NCBI GenBank assembly: GCA_051294905.1
Contig: CM119371.1
Span: 23,996,001-24,060,000 of the forward strand
Origin: Botryllus schlosseri
Taxonomy: Eukaryota
Direction: 5' to 3'
Length of the DNA stretch: 64,000 nt
Shown here: piece by piece, positions 1 through 12,400 of the stretch
Layout: every line of letters begins with the position of its first letter
Position numbering within the stretch: position 1 is the stretch's first letter
Notes under the pieces: generated by a model
What the model saw: the letters and a program-made list of their open reading frames with translations, nothing else
Told to the model about the DNA's origin: nothing
The model's database searches: none
Translations under genes and position numbers: made by a program

Positions 1-671
1 TTAATATTAATCACCCCTCTGTGCACACGTTGATGTGTCTTCTGAAAGCAGTAGAAACCAACATCACTGTACATTAGGGCTCTTCAAAAATGACTTTTTT
101 TCTCAAATCGTATTGGCTACTTGATAAAATTGTTAGGTTACCTAATTTAAGCCTACACACAAAATTTGATTCAATTCCAGCCAGTAAACCGCTTTGCTAC
201 AGGAGAAGAAAGTTTCTATTATTATATAAAAATAAATAATAAAAAATTTGAAATTTTTCTGTTCACCCCATGAAAGTGTTAGGCTGTCTATAGAAACTAT
301 GCTCACCAAATTTAGTTCAATTCCAACCAGTGGAAGCGGAGTTATTGCGGTCGAAAAATTTGGATTCGAATAAAATAGTATAACGATGACCGATTCTTTG
401 TTTATTTATTATCGTTCTGCTCACCGTAAATACTATTTTATTCGAATCCCAATTTTTCGACGGCAATCACGTTTTAATGTGATGGGGAGTTGGTGCAATT
501 TATTGCGATAGTCGCGATTTTCAAGTCCAGGATTGAATTTTATCTACATTAATGGTATTTGTACAAATCATCGTCTCTAAGCTCACATCATCAGATTTAT
601 CGTTAGAGCTGCTGGAGGTTTGTTTGTTTTGTTTGTATTCACGCATATACCGTAGCGCTTATCGCCTACAC

Positions 672-1471
672 CAGAGGTGTCAAACACGCGGCCCTCAAGT
701 CCATTTTGTGCGGCCCGCGACGGTATTTTGGATTTCGAGGTATTCGACAATATTTAACTATCAAATATCCTTTGGTTTAAATTTGAAAACTGGAAATTCG
801 CCCAAAACTACTCCAGAAGCCTGAAACTACTCATCAATCTTCACTATTACATCACTATAAAAAGTTACCACGCAGTGGAAGATCAAATATACTTGGGCGA
901 TTGGAAATTTCCATTGCTATGGCACAGTAACCATTATATTCAAGTTGTTTTTGATATGTTCCAATATTCTAAGGTAAATGATTTAATTTGACTTAGACAA
1001 TGGACATGATCAATAGACTTGCTTTCAGGAGTATGCCTGAAACCCGGATTAAGCGGTACTGCTTCAATGCTCAGATATCAGGCAAATCTTTGCAAAATTC
1101 TAAAATATTCTACCTATAATTGTGTCACGTCAAATGTTCGCTAGCTACAAAATCATAACGCGACAGCTTTTACTATGTCCTGAAGCATTTGTAGCCTACT
1201 CTCGGATGGTGCCCATAACTAAATATACAGCAACTATGCCAAGTACAGCAACAATTTTATTCAAATATTTTAAAATGTAATTTTTTTTGGCGTGGATTCA
1301 CAATAATAAATGACATTTTCAAGATGCGTGTGGAATATCAATCTGCAAGGTCCCATCAAATAAGGCATACTCGGAAATACATTGAATTCCCCCATTATTG
1401 GTGATGCGGCCCGCGGCGCCATCAAAAAGTGGGGAATTGGCCCGCGGGCACATTTGAGTTTGAGACCTCTG
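672..1471. mobile_element. hAT (Charlie-like) MITE
   Basis: TIRs cagaggtgtcaaac / gtttgagacctctg; 8-bp TSD gcctacac/gcgtacac; related fragment starts at 31068. Confidence 0.8.
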
Positions 1472-3300
1472 GCGTACACGTTCATTTGCGCCACGACATT
1501 ATTTAAGTAATTTCAGTCCGTCACCGTTTGTAATGTTTCGGACCACTTACAGTTCTCGCTCTGTCTCATCATCGGCCACCCTCGTTTTTCATGCGTTCAT
1601 AGCTTGAACCTTGCTACCGACTTTTGGCTTGGCCTACTTTAACTCCGGGCTTTCGGAACACTGCTACGGCAGTTAGGTCCGCGATGTGGCGTCCAGGGAA
1701 ACCTCGGACACATATAAACTTGGTAGAGCCGAGACTCGTACCAACGCAACAGCCCCTCGCTTCCCTAGCTGAGGGAGGTGGTGACTTCAAAAATATATGG
1801 GATATCAAATTATCCTCTGGTGGCCTGTTAGTTATTACTTTGTTTTATGTTTTTTTTTTTGCGACCTCCCGTCTCCTATATAGTCAAAATATATTGGAAT
1901 CGTCCGAACGTACCATATTAAACCAAAAGTAAAACTGCATACGCTATTAGAAATTGGCATTTCTGCACGGGGCGCGTCATTTTCCTCTGTGGACCTTCGG
2001 ATGACATTTGTACTATGATCTCAGATTGGAATCACAGTATTATTCCGCGGTGGTTTTATTTGGTAATAATGTGTCATGGCGCGGTAATGGAAGGTGCTGA
2101 AATGCCTATTTTGTATGAAGGATGCTTATTTTCTTTCTTAGTGCTGGGAGGGTGCTTATATTAAAGTCAGGGTATCAAATCTTAATAAATCGCGAAGGGG
2201 CTACTCTAGATGTTTTCGAGGTCGCGATTTTTCCTTGGTGCCGGGGTCGGGAACTAATGGTTCACGACCCATATATATGGCTCTTTTGGGTATAACATAT
2301 GGGTCTTTGCCATTTTTTAAATCTTATACTGAATTTGTGAATATTGCATAAACTAGTAAGTGAATTTTTATCACGGTCCGTAATAATTTTTCTCGTGGTA
2401 GTATAACCATTTCTTTGAATGCTAAAGGTAATGCCGTATCCATGGTTAGGGACTCGTACCCTCTTTTTCAAAATCCTAAAATTTACGTTGCTGTCACGCC
2501 GGCGATCAATATCCGAAGAACCCCACGCGAAATCTAGGATTGCAGGATACGCTGATTCATTCAAAGAGAATAGCAAACATAATGACGCCTGTATGTCATG
2601 GGGATTTTGAATACACATTGTCTTCCTGATCTACGGTGATAAATGTACTGCCATAGAAGTCACAATAACAAACTCAAATTACAAACATGGCCATAGCTGT
2701 TAAAATGCGAAAAAATCTAGGGGTGTAGCGCATCGTTGTATGTCATTGTATTGTTGTGGTGACCATCATGTGACCAAGATATCAGTAATACCAAAACAAG
2801 TATTAACTGCAAAAAAACGTGTAAATAGTAGATTCACACTTTTGCTGTTATCTACGTCTGTTGGAAATGTTCATTGTCTTAAGCTCCGAAAAATATCACA
2901 TTACTCTCACTCTAATACGGTTAAAAAGATGTCACGTGCAAACGATTTATTTAACTCCAGTATCGATTGTTCAAATACGACAACCAGCATGATTAGTACG
3001 AGTGTTCACAGTGAAAATGTGTCGCAGACAACAAATCTCATGTAGATAGTCAGAATGAGTGATACAATGACGTCACAGATTTGAAATTGTGACGTAGCAT
3101 TTGATTTACATGTATGGCTCTTTGGGAGTTAAAATGGTAAAATAGGGCCGATAAGGCTCTTCGGGCGAAAAAGATTCCCGACGCCTAAATAGTGAAATAT
3201 TGTTGATTGGAAAATTTCACTCTTCCCTCATGTTTCGAAATCGGACGTATTGGCCACCAATGTATTTCATTCTACGCGTATTTCTTGAACATGTGTCCAG

Positions 3301-3463
3301 GAATTTTGTTGCGCACTGCATGTCGCGAGTCTCGACCGATCGAATATGAAGAGATTAATTTCGAAAGATCTAAACGAGAATGGAATGGAATTGACTAGAC
3401 AACTTTTTTACGGATTGATTCTCAATGATAAAGTCACCAATAAAATGAGGAAGTTCCTGACGG
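3301..3463 (+). CDS. NLR winged-helix/HD2-region exon (EFCCALHVASLDRSNMKRLISKDLNENGMELTRQLFYGLILNDKVTNKMRKFLT)
   Basis: tccag|GAA acceptor, G|gtaag donor (phase 1); NLR-like (Q)EFxxAL and ELTRQLFYGL motifs. Confidence 0.75.
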
Positions 3464-6400
3464 GTAAGTTTATGTGTCCGCGTAATCCGAATGAGCTTAC
3501 ATTCTTGCACATATTTCACCGTGTTTTCGCTCTGATAGTAGTGATGGTAGAATGCACCACTCACCTCCCCGTATTTCCAGAAAGGGGGACAGTAAGATGC
3601 AATACTGTTCTGTACGAAGATAAGACCCTAACTATTAATATGACCGACATTTTGCCTCGCCGAATTTCAGATTAACCGAGTCCAAGCAAAATAATATAGA
3701 TTGGTGACACCGCCAATCCAAAATAAACCGTACCTAAACTATCTTAGCCATAGGATAATAAATAAAATTATATTTGGATAATTTCGTATACAGAAACCGC
3801 CTTCTATACTCGGTCGAAGTTGACTATATTTGCTTAGGTATGTTATATGCATTTAACATATTAGTTTGAAAGGGTAGAATCCGCTCATATCATGGCAAAT
3901 AGCGACGTTTCACAATACTCGTTTGTATGATTTAATAGATGATAAAGCATCCCATCAGCAGCCCTGTAATAAAGGTTACCGTCATAAGATATGTTTGCGT
4001 GTAGAATTCGAACGGCGACGCGTTTTAAAATTCATTAAATCGTTTCCCTTCATCAGTATTAATACTTTCATGGCCTTGTATGACTGGCAGGTCACAAAAC
4101 CCCAACCAGGGATTGTCGCGAGATGTTGTTCGAAGAACTTCTTAACATGGTAACTGATGCTACAATACGGGATATTTCAACTGTTCGTCTCCTGAACGAG
4201 TGCGGGGACGACACCATAAAAAGAATGAAGCAACACGTTCAAAGAGTTACAATCAATTCGAGAGACCTGCTTTACACTGACCAAATTTTACTACTAACAA
4301 TGATAAAACGACTATCTCCCCTTAGAGCGACGTTCGCTGAGCAAATAGATCTTGATCCATTGATGATATTGTATGTGAAAGATTGTCTCGAATTTGCTGA
4401 TATTTTTGAGGTATGTGAAATTCTATCGAATTAAGTTTTCGTAATTAAATATATATTTTATTCTCCAAAATTGTTTCGTTATGATATATTGCATTTAATA
4501 AGCTTATATTGTGTAAAAAGGCTGGTTACGAAATTATGGATTCCGTCAAACAAATGCATTTCGCTGATGTGATGACAATCCTAAACCAGTCGAAATTACG
4601 GTACGTCCGGCTTCGATGTGATGATGATGTCAAACTTTTATTTCTCACTGATTGGATAAAAAGATCACAGGTATTCCATTTTACGTATTTAGTTGTCAGA
4701 TATAGATAGGGACTTTAGCAAAAGACTATGCTATGAATCTCCAAATGCTAATATTTAATATATGGTTTGGTAGTTATGAATGGAATGACACTGTTTCCGA
4801 ATATGAGTAGCCCACGGATCCCGGGATCAATGAAATTGGCAATTGTTAACGACAATATACGACCTGAGCAGGCGGAATATTGGTGACGATAGGTTCAGAC
4901 TTCTAGTATTTTGGCCAGTGACCCCACTATATTCATTAATACAGTAACTGATGACAATCTTGTAGTTTGGTGTTATTACTGTAATGTCGGATGCCTACAC
5001 CCTCTCCCTCCTTCTATCCTTCTGCTTATTGTCGCACTAACTTTTCTGCACGTGTCACGCATCGACTATAGTAGCCTACTCAAGAAACTTAACCTAGACA
5101 ACCACAATATAAAAAGTATAACAATATCGTTTTCATACGATTCGAATCCATACTTTGAGAACCAATATGATATTATCCTAGAATCTGGATGATTAAAAGA
5201 TCATCTCCTTCTAATTCAGATTCGCCTGGATAACCTTGGCTTGTTAAGAATAACGCAAATTGACACATTGATATGTTTATTCAAATTACTGTCGATACAC
5301 TCATTAGCAAATCTGCGTTTGAACATAAATTCTGGCATAATTGGATCACAATTCAAAGATGTTATTACGTCTCGTGGACCGATAACAAGGAAGGTGAGAA
5401 CTGGATTATTCAATGTTACTACTAAATTGCACCATGTTGTTTGTTTTGGGAATGGTGTACAAGTACTCTAGAGCAGTGGTTCTCAACCTTTTTCACCCCG
5501 CGGACCGGTAAAATTACAAAAAATGTCTGGCGGACCGGTGAACTTTCAAAATTGAAATTAAGCCAAAATGTAAAATAGCCTATGCCACCGTTTATTTGCA
5601 ATTATATGGTGTTACAAAGTGACATTTTCAGGGTTTTGATCGTAATTAATTATCTTCATATGATTTTATGGTAGTGAGTCTGCTGAGTCGAGGTAAAATT
5701 GCTTTAACCAGATAAACGTTCTACCACCGAGAGTCGTTTATAGTCTTTCGTGCCGAAGGCCGTGGGTTTAACCAACAACGCCAACTAAAAATAACATTCG
5801 TCCCTTTGACAATATCGAGAGAAGAAGCATTTCGGAGTCGAACCAAGCACCTTGTCGTGCTACCTTGCTATTGCCCGCTGGCACCAGACGCAGGCTACTC
5901 TGGCAACTACGAACACAACACGTACTGCAAGAAAACACTTTACAGCAGCGTGGGCCATTCGCAAATCCGGGCCGAAAAAGCACCTCGTCAGCCGACCCCT
6001 AAAAACGCTGGTTTTGGGCCCCCGCAGGGCGATAAGCCAGATTTCAGGAGGCTTCGCCCCCATGCCCTACATTTGGGTCGATGTTTTCCCCTATACTTGT
6101 GACCACATTCATTCTACTCTGTAAAAGCATAGAGTTTATTTTATACCTTAGTCGCGCCGATAGCGAAGATTTTCGATCATTCATGACTGAATGGGTTTTC
6201 TCGCAGCCGAATTTTTGGCACACCTTTCGGAGTCACATGTTAGCCTCAACTTCATTATGTGTTGGTACGTCGTGGCACGGTAATGGCTGATGTCAAAATC
6301 ACGATTTCTATAAATCATACGTATTTCTCGGAGAAGGGCACCTAATAATCAAGAGATTTAGGAACACTAAATCGCGCAAAGCGCGAAAAGAAATTGAAAA

Positions 6401-9400
6401 AATGTTGGAAAGAGTTTCAAAAGATACGCTATGATTCGTGTTCATTTGCAAAATAATTTTGGGCCCGTTTCAAGCCCGGCCCTCTACAATTTGGCGGCTA
6501 TGGGCGCCCCAGTTATGGTCCTGCACATACGAATGAATCGGAAACTAATTATCGTGCAAACTGCGCTGTTTAGCAATGCTTCAGCTCGTATCCGTTCTGT
6601 GCTTGTCGCTCGCATGTTGTCAACGGACACGTCTTGAACTTACAGTCAAATCGAACAGCCCTAATGTTACCTCACTAAGTTTTGACTCAGTTTAAAATTT
6701 GATGTTGTATTTACTTTATCAATGGACAAGCCATTAACACTGCATCTTGAAATTAAGGGATAAAATTGTAATATACGTGGCGGACCGGCAGGAATGTCGT
6801 CGCGGACCGGTGGTTGAGAACCACTGCCCTAGAGCAGTTGATCTCAACCTTTTAAAGCTTTCAGACCGGTAAATTTCCTAAAATACTCGGCGGGCCGGCG
6901 CGTCTTCAAAAACTTAAATCAACCCATAATATGATACGAAAAGGCATCAACCTTTTAAAGTGATCACTTCTTCTCAATTTGGACAATAAATTATCATATT
7001 TCAGATTTATATTCCTTCCGAAGACTAGAACAAGGTCCCCTCGACCGTGAAAACCAGTAATGATGCAGGCCTAGGCCTACATAACTAGGGCCACCATCAT
7101 GACATCGCAGTCTGGGTTTTCCTGTGACCCGATATGCCAAACTTAAAATGCTCAATACATTGCTGTTTGCTAGACTCCATAATATTGTCAATTGTCAACA
7201 AATGTTATTAAATTTTGCGTAAAGTCTTCTTTGCTTTCACGTACAACTGGTCTTGGAAGTTCGACACTTACAGGACCAGAACTGGTCGCGACTGAAAACA
7301 CATTAGACACGTAAATATCGGCCATCACCTCCACCAGATACTCCGGGGCGTTAAAGTGCTTTAGGACTTCGATCACGGATCCATGCCGAACGGTACCAAA
7401 AGCATTGCGGATATCAAGCCAGGCGCGTAGATCTTATACAGCGTCCTGGATAGCGCTTTGGGTCTCCAGTTGCCAACGTCTTGCATGTCGCCGTCGCGAT
7501 CCTTTGGAATTAGGATTACCCGCGACGAGCGCCACACAAGTGGAATTCGCCGGCCACGCCAACAGATTTTGAAAAGCTCAGAGAGGATTTCTCCCTTGGG
7601 GTCTAAGCGTTTCCAAAATCCATAGATGAGACCATCGGAGCCTGGCGAACTACTTGTGTTTAAGGTCGCCAGCACCCCCGCTACCTCTGAAGAAGTAATC
7701 GACTCGTCGTCAACAGCAGAAGCCAGGTCGCACCGGTAACTGTGCTGAGTCATCCACGAAGGAAAAGCAGCGTCATCACCAGCAACCGCGTCAGCAGCGT
7801 CAGCACGAAATTTTCGCTCGATGTCTTCAGCAGGAATTTCGCACCGTTTACTGCCAGAATCATCCTCGATGATCTGTCTGATCGTTTCCTTCTGATTGCG
7901 CCAGGAAGCGGACCGTAGGTGTTGTGCTGCCCCAGACCAATACTCGCGCTGGCCATTCAATTGGTTGACTTTGGCACGCCGTTGTGCTTCGCGCGAGTAT
8001 ATATTCCTTGGAGGGCGTTTACGGCCGGGAGGGCGGCTGCAATCAGCGGCCCGATCAGTCCAGAGCTCCAACTCACGTTCAAGGTGCCCGAAAGCCTCGG
8101 TGGTGTGAGGACATCCGGACACAAAGTCCGCAAGCTCCGAGCGCAACTCGCGTAGATCGACTTGTGCACGAGGTGCGCCCGGTTCGGGAGAAGGCACGTC
8201 GACATTCAATTCGTCACATGCACTCACCGAAGGAGGCAATCTCGTCGAGGTTTCACAGCCATCGACAGCTCCGGTAACTTCGGAGCGCTCGACCGCTGAT
8301 TCAGCCGTCACAGAGCGAGTCTTGTCCGCAGGTGGGCGCGAGGGAGACACGCTCTGACCGACGGGAGGCGAGTCTACGATGTTCGGACTCGTTCCCGCCG
8401 ACGATATCTGTTTCAGATCATCGCGTGTGGTGGGGAACGGACTTCCCCGGTCCAACCGGGCAAGGAGAGAGAGAGAGAGAGAGAGAGTCTTTATTTTTTC
8501 ATCGAACCAAAATACATAACAAACGGCAGTGATGGTGGTACAGAAAATATGCGTGCACAGTATTCGGTATTAGATAGGAATGATCGATAAGACCATGAAG
8601 GTCATCTAGTCTGATCACACCAGCATCAAACAGGTACACTTGACTCAGAACAGTCTGGCTGTAAGAAATGTTTAGTTAGGAAAGGAAAATAGAAAAAAAA
8701 TTAAACAATGGTAGCAAATGATCAATGAAGCAATGTCTGGGCGAGGTAGGGCAACAGTGAGTAGAGCTCGGGCTGCCCAGCAGAGGTAATTTAAACAATT
8801 CCGAAAGCGAGGGAATAGGACAATGTGAAGTGACAGGGGCCAAACGACTATTCACTAACGTTTGGAGTGGGGAGGAAGTAAAATCCCATGGGGGTGAAAC
8901 CACGATTTTGGGGGTTGTGGTACGATGGCCTAGGGACTGTCTACTATCCCCGGCAGTCCGAACCAGGCACGAACGTTAGGTAAGGCCCCAGTGATTGGCC
9001 TACGGACCGGGAATCGACTAATAAGTATTTGGGACGGGGTTCGGGGTGCAGATGAATTTGGTGACGTCACGACTGTTGACGAGTCGCGCGGCCCAGAGGA
9101 GGTAGTAGAAGAAGCGGAGCTAACTATGAGAGGAAGGATAGAATTTCATGGACTTTACTTTATGTTTAGAATTTTTAGGAGAAATGACAGAGCGTCTTGA
9201 ATTATTCGAAATCCGTGACCAAGGCCGAGATGATACTGTTACCATGGATATGGTTTCCTACAAAAATGAAAGGTTGGCCACGGATAAGGCAGGGTCCGGT
9301 ATAGTACCGGGAAAATAAGTAACAGAGCTTTCCGCTGCGTCAACGGCAAAGGGGACTAAAGAACGCGAAGAAATAGGGGAGATCGAGTCGACTCGCGAAA

Positions 9401-12400
9401 CAGTCGTAGACGTGGCTGGAGATAAGTTACCGGAAGCAGACACAGCTCCCCGTAAGCGACAGGCGGACCAATGGTTCTTGGCAGAGATCATATCTGGCTG
9501 CGCAAGAATTGTCCATTGGTCACACCTGCCGCACACGACATCGTAATTTACAAATTTTTTAGTGATGTCGTGCTTGGAACAAATGTGTTTCTGAAGTGAA
9601 ACCAACGATTTGTACGGGAAGCCCTGTTTATTGCAACCGGTAACTAGGCAAGGATACCTAGTATCTCCGCCCTCATATTTAACCGGGACAGTCAATAAAA
9701 TTTCCAAGGGGATTCCGGATTGTTTAAAAGCCGAACTCAGGGGATAGTAGACTCAGAGTGGCAGGATTTAAAATGGTGTGTCGCTTTCGGAACTGTGTTA
9801 AAGCACTTTCCGCAAGTCGGACAGGCAAACCAACTATGATGTCGCGTGCCCTTGCACCGCCTATAGTGACAGTTTATTTTACGATCCGAATCAGAAAAAA
9901 CATTACAGCATTTCATACACTTCCATTGAAGGCAGTCACTGGGATGGAAAAAAACCAAGTGATCCGTTAAACCAACAGATGCTAAGAAAGACATATCGCA
10001 ATTTGGTTGATCGAACGCAAGTAATGATAGGAGACGCGCCGGGAGATGACCAAAATATCGATGGTACAGATTTCAATATCTACGTGCGACATGTAGTGAT
10101 TGCTATGTCCTCTGTAGTAATATGATATCTGACGCGCCGGCCAGAACTATCACTTCTGAGGCGATTGTGCTGACATACTGACTCCCAAGACGGAATTGAT
10201 AATTACAGCATCTCTTTTTCTCAATTGCATTTTCATTACAGCTGAATTGCTGTACACAGGATATACTGCATACATATCGAAATTGATTCCCCGCATTCAA
10301 GACGTTGGCTACTGATGTGAATCAGTTGAAAAGCATTTGCTAAATAATTCAAATGTACAAGACTTCATCACCTTATTTTTGGTGATTAAGATATAAAATT
10401 GCAACATGTCTCGCGGACCGGCAAGAATGTGGCTGCGGACCGGTACCGTTCCGTGACGACTTTCCTTCCGGTCCGCCAGGTATATTACAATTCTATACTT
10501 TAATTCCCAGATGCAATGTATGTTCAAGAATTGTCCACTGATAAAATATGTAAAACATCGAATTTGAAACTGATTCAGAACTCCGTGAGGAAACATTAGG
10601 GCTGGAAACATGTCCGATTTGACTTGAAGTTTAAGATGTGTCATTTGACGACTTAGGAGCGACAAGTATAAATGAGCTGTCACGCTATGTCGCGCAGTTT
10701 GCGCGATCATTCGTTTTCGATTCATTCATTTTGTGTAGTAACGTAACTGGGGACCCCAAACCTCCAACTGGAGAGTGACCGAGCTTGAAAGTGGCCCAAA
10801 ATTATTTTGCAAATTATAATAAATCAAAGAATATTTTTGATACTTTTTTCAACATTTTTCAATTTTTTTTTGCGTTTTACGCGATTTAGTGCCACTCATT
10901 GTCTTGCTTATCGGGTGCCCTTCTGCAGGAAATACACATGATTTATAGAAATAGGCATTTCGGCGTCAGCCATTACAGTGTCACGACGCACCAACAAATG
11001 ATGAAGTTTAGGCTAATTGTTATTCCGAAAGGTGTGTCGAAAATTCGGCAGCGAGAAAAGCTGGGCCGAAGAAGACTGCGCTTTTTTTGGCAGGAAAATT
11101 CGATATTTATTTGTTTAATTGTGCATAGGAGCCCAAGTGACTAACTCTGAATCTCGCTGTCCTGACAATCTGTAGCCCACAGGATAAATGCCATCCCTCA
11201 GAGAAAAATTATTTGCCGGTGAATAAATACCAATTTGGAATCGTCTGCAGCTTTTAGTTTGGTAAGCATGGGCGATTTCAATATTCATTCACTATACAGC
11301 AGACACTAGGTCAGGAAAAATTGACATGCAACGAAGTAACTATTTCAACAGGCACGTTCGAATATGTTTATTATTTGTTACGTGCCCTCAATCTTCTAAG
11401 ATGAGAGCTCTTCCACTAAATCTGACAATTCTGATGAGAGGGTCAAAAATTTATAGCAATATAGGCTACATGCAATTACGAATATTATTGACCGATTCAG
11501 TTATGAATGATCGCAAAATTTCGCTATTGGTGCGATTAGCACAAGACTGGGCAATTATTTCCCTCCGCGGGCCAAATGAGAAGTAGAAATACGTCGGCGG
11601 GCCGAGTGAAAATTTTTAGCTATATTCTCCAGCGTATTTTAATTTCATCAGCATATTTCAATTTCATTTCTAAATTACACTGTTAATAAATTCTGCTCGG
11701 TGACTGTGGTGATGTTAGGTAATGATAAAATGACGGCTAATCAAGAAATATCTATTTGCCGTTAATGAGAAAATGACGGTTAATCAGGAAATATCTATTT
11801 GCCGTTATGATTCGAAACAATGTTAAACATGATACATTTTCAACTCTCTTTAGCACGATAGGGTGCTTGGTTCGAATCTGAAACGTTTCTTCTCACGATA
11901 TTGTCGAAGAGAAGAATATTATACGAGTGGGCGTGGTCGCTTAACCCGCGACTGTAAAGGTGGGGTCAAAATTGACCCCAGGCGAACAAATATGCGAGCC
12001 AAATTTTCATGTGCGGTCGGATTGTTCTTGCCAGCCATGTAATCCTAAATGGTGGTATACACTGTCAAGCGGAATAAGGCATTAGCTGATTATCGCTATT
12101 ACCTCGCCGCTATGAGCTATTGATTGAGCATAGGTCAGATTTTGAAAATATAGTTGTCGGACTATGTATTTTACTCCTCACTGTAATCTGATCGATTTTC
12201 GATTTCTAAGGGCTCTTTCGCATTGCTTATATTACGTGGAGTCAAAGAGGCATGAAGACAAGCTTTCATATTTCTTTGCTGGTCAGAGAAAGTCAGTTAT
12301 AGGCGGATTGATTCATGGATTGACTGCGTGAATAATGTCCACGGACATGTGAAACATGCATTGGACCGGATAAGGATTCCGATTGAATTAACTTTGTTGT

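Noticed and set aside
3939..4153. Alternative acceptor and ORF 3923..4153 as an NLR exon
   Set aside because: Frame stops at 4153; the 4091 acceptor gives a continuous frame. A short mini-exon here cannot be excluded but its donor is weak
11727..11808. 43-bp tandem duplication
   Set aside because: Local slippage inside a decayed MITE; no functional signal
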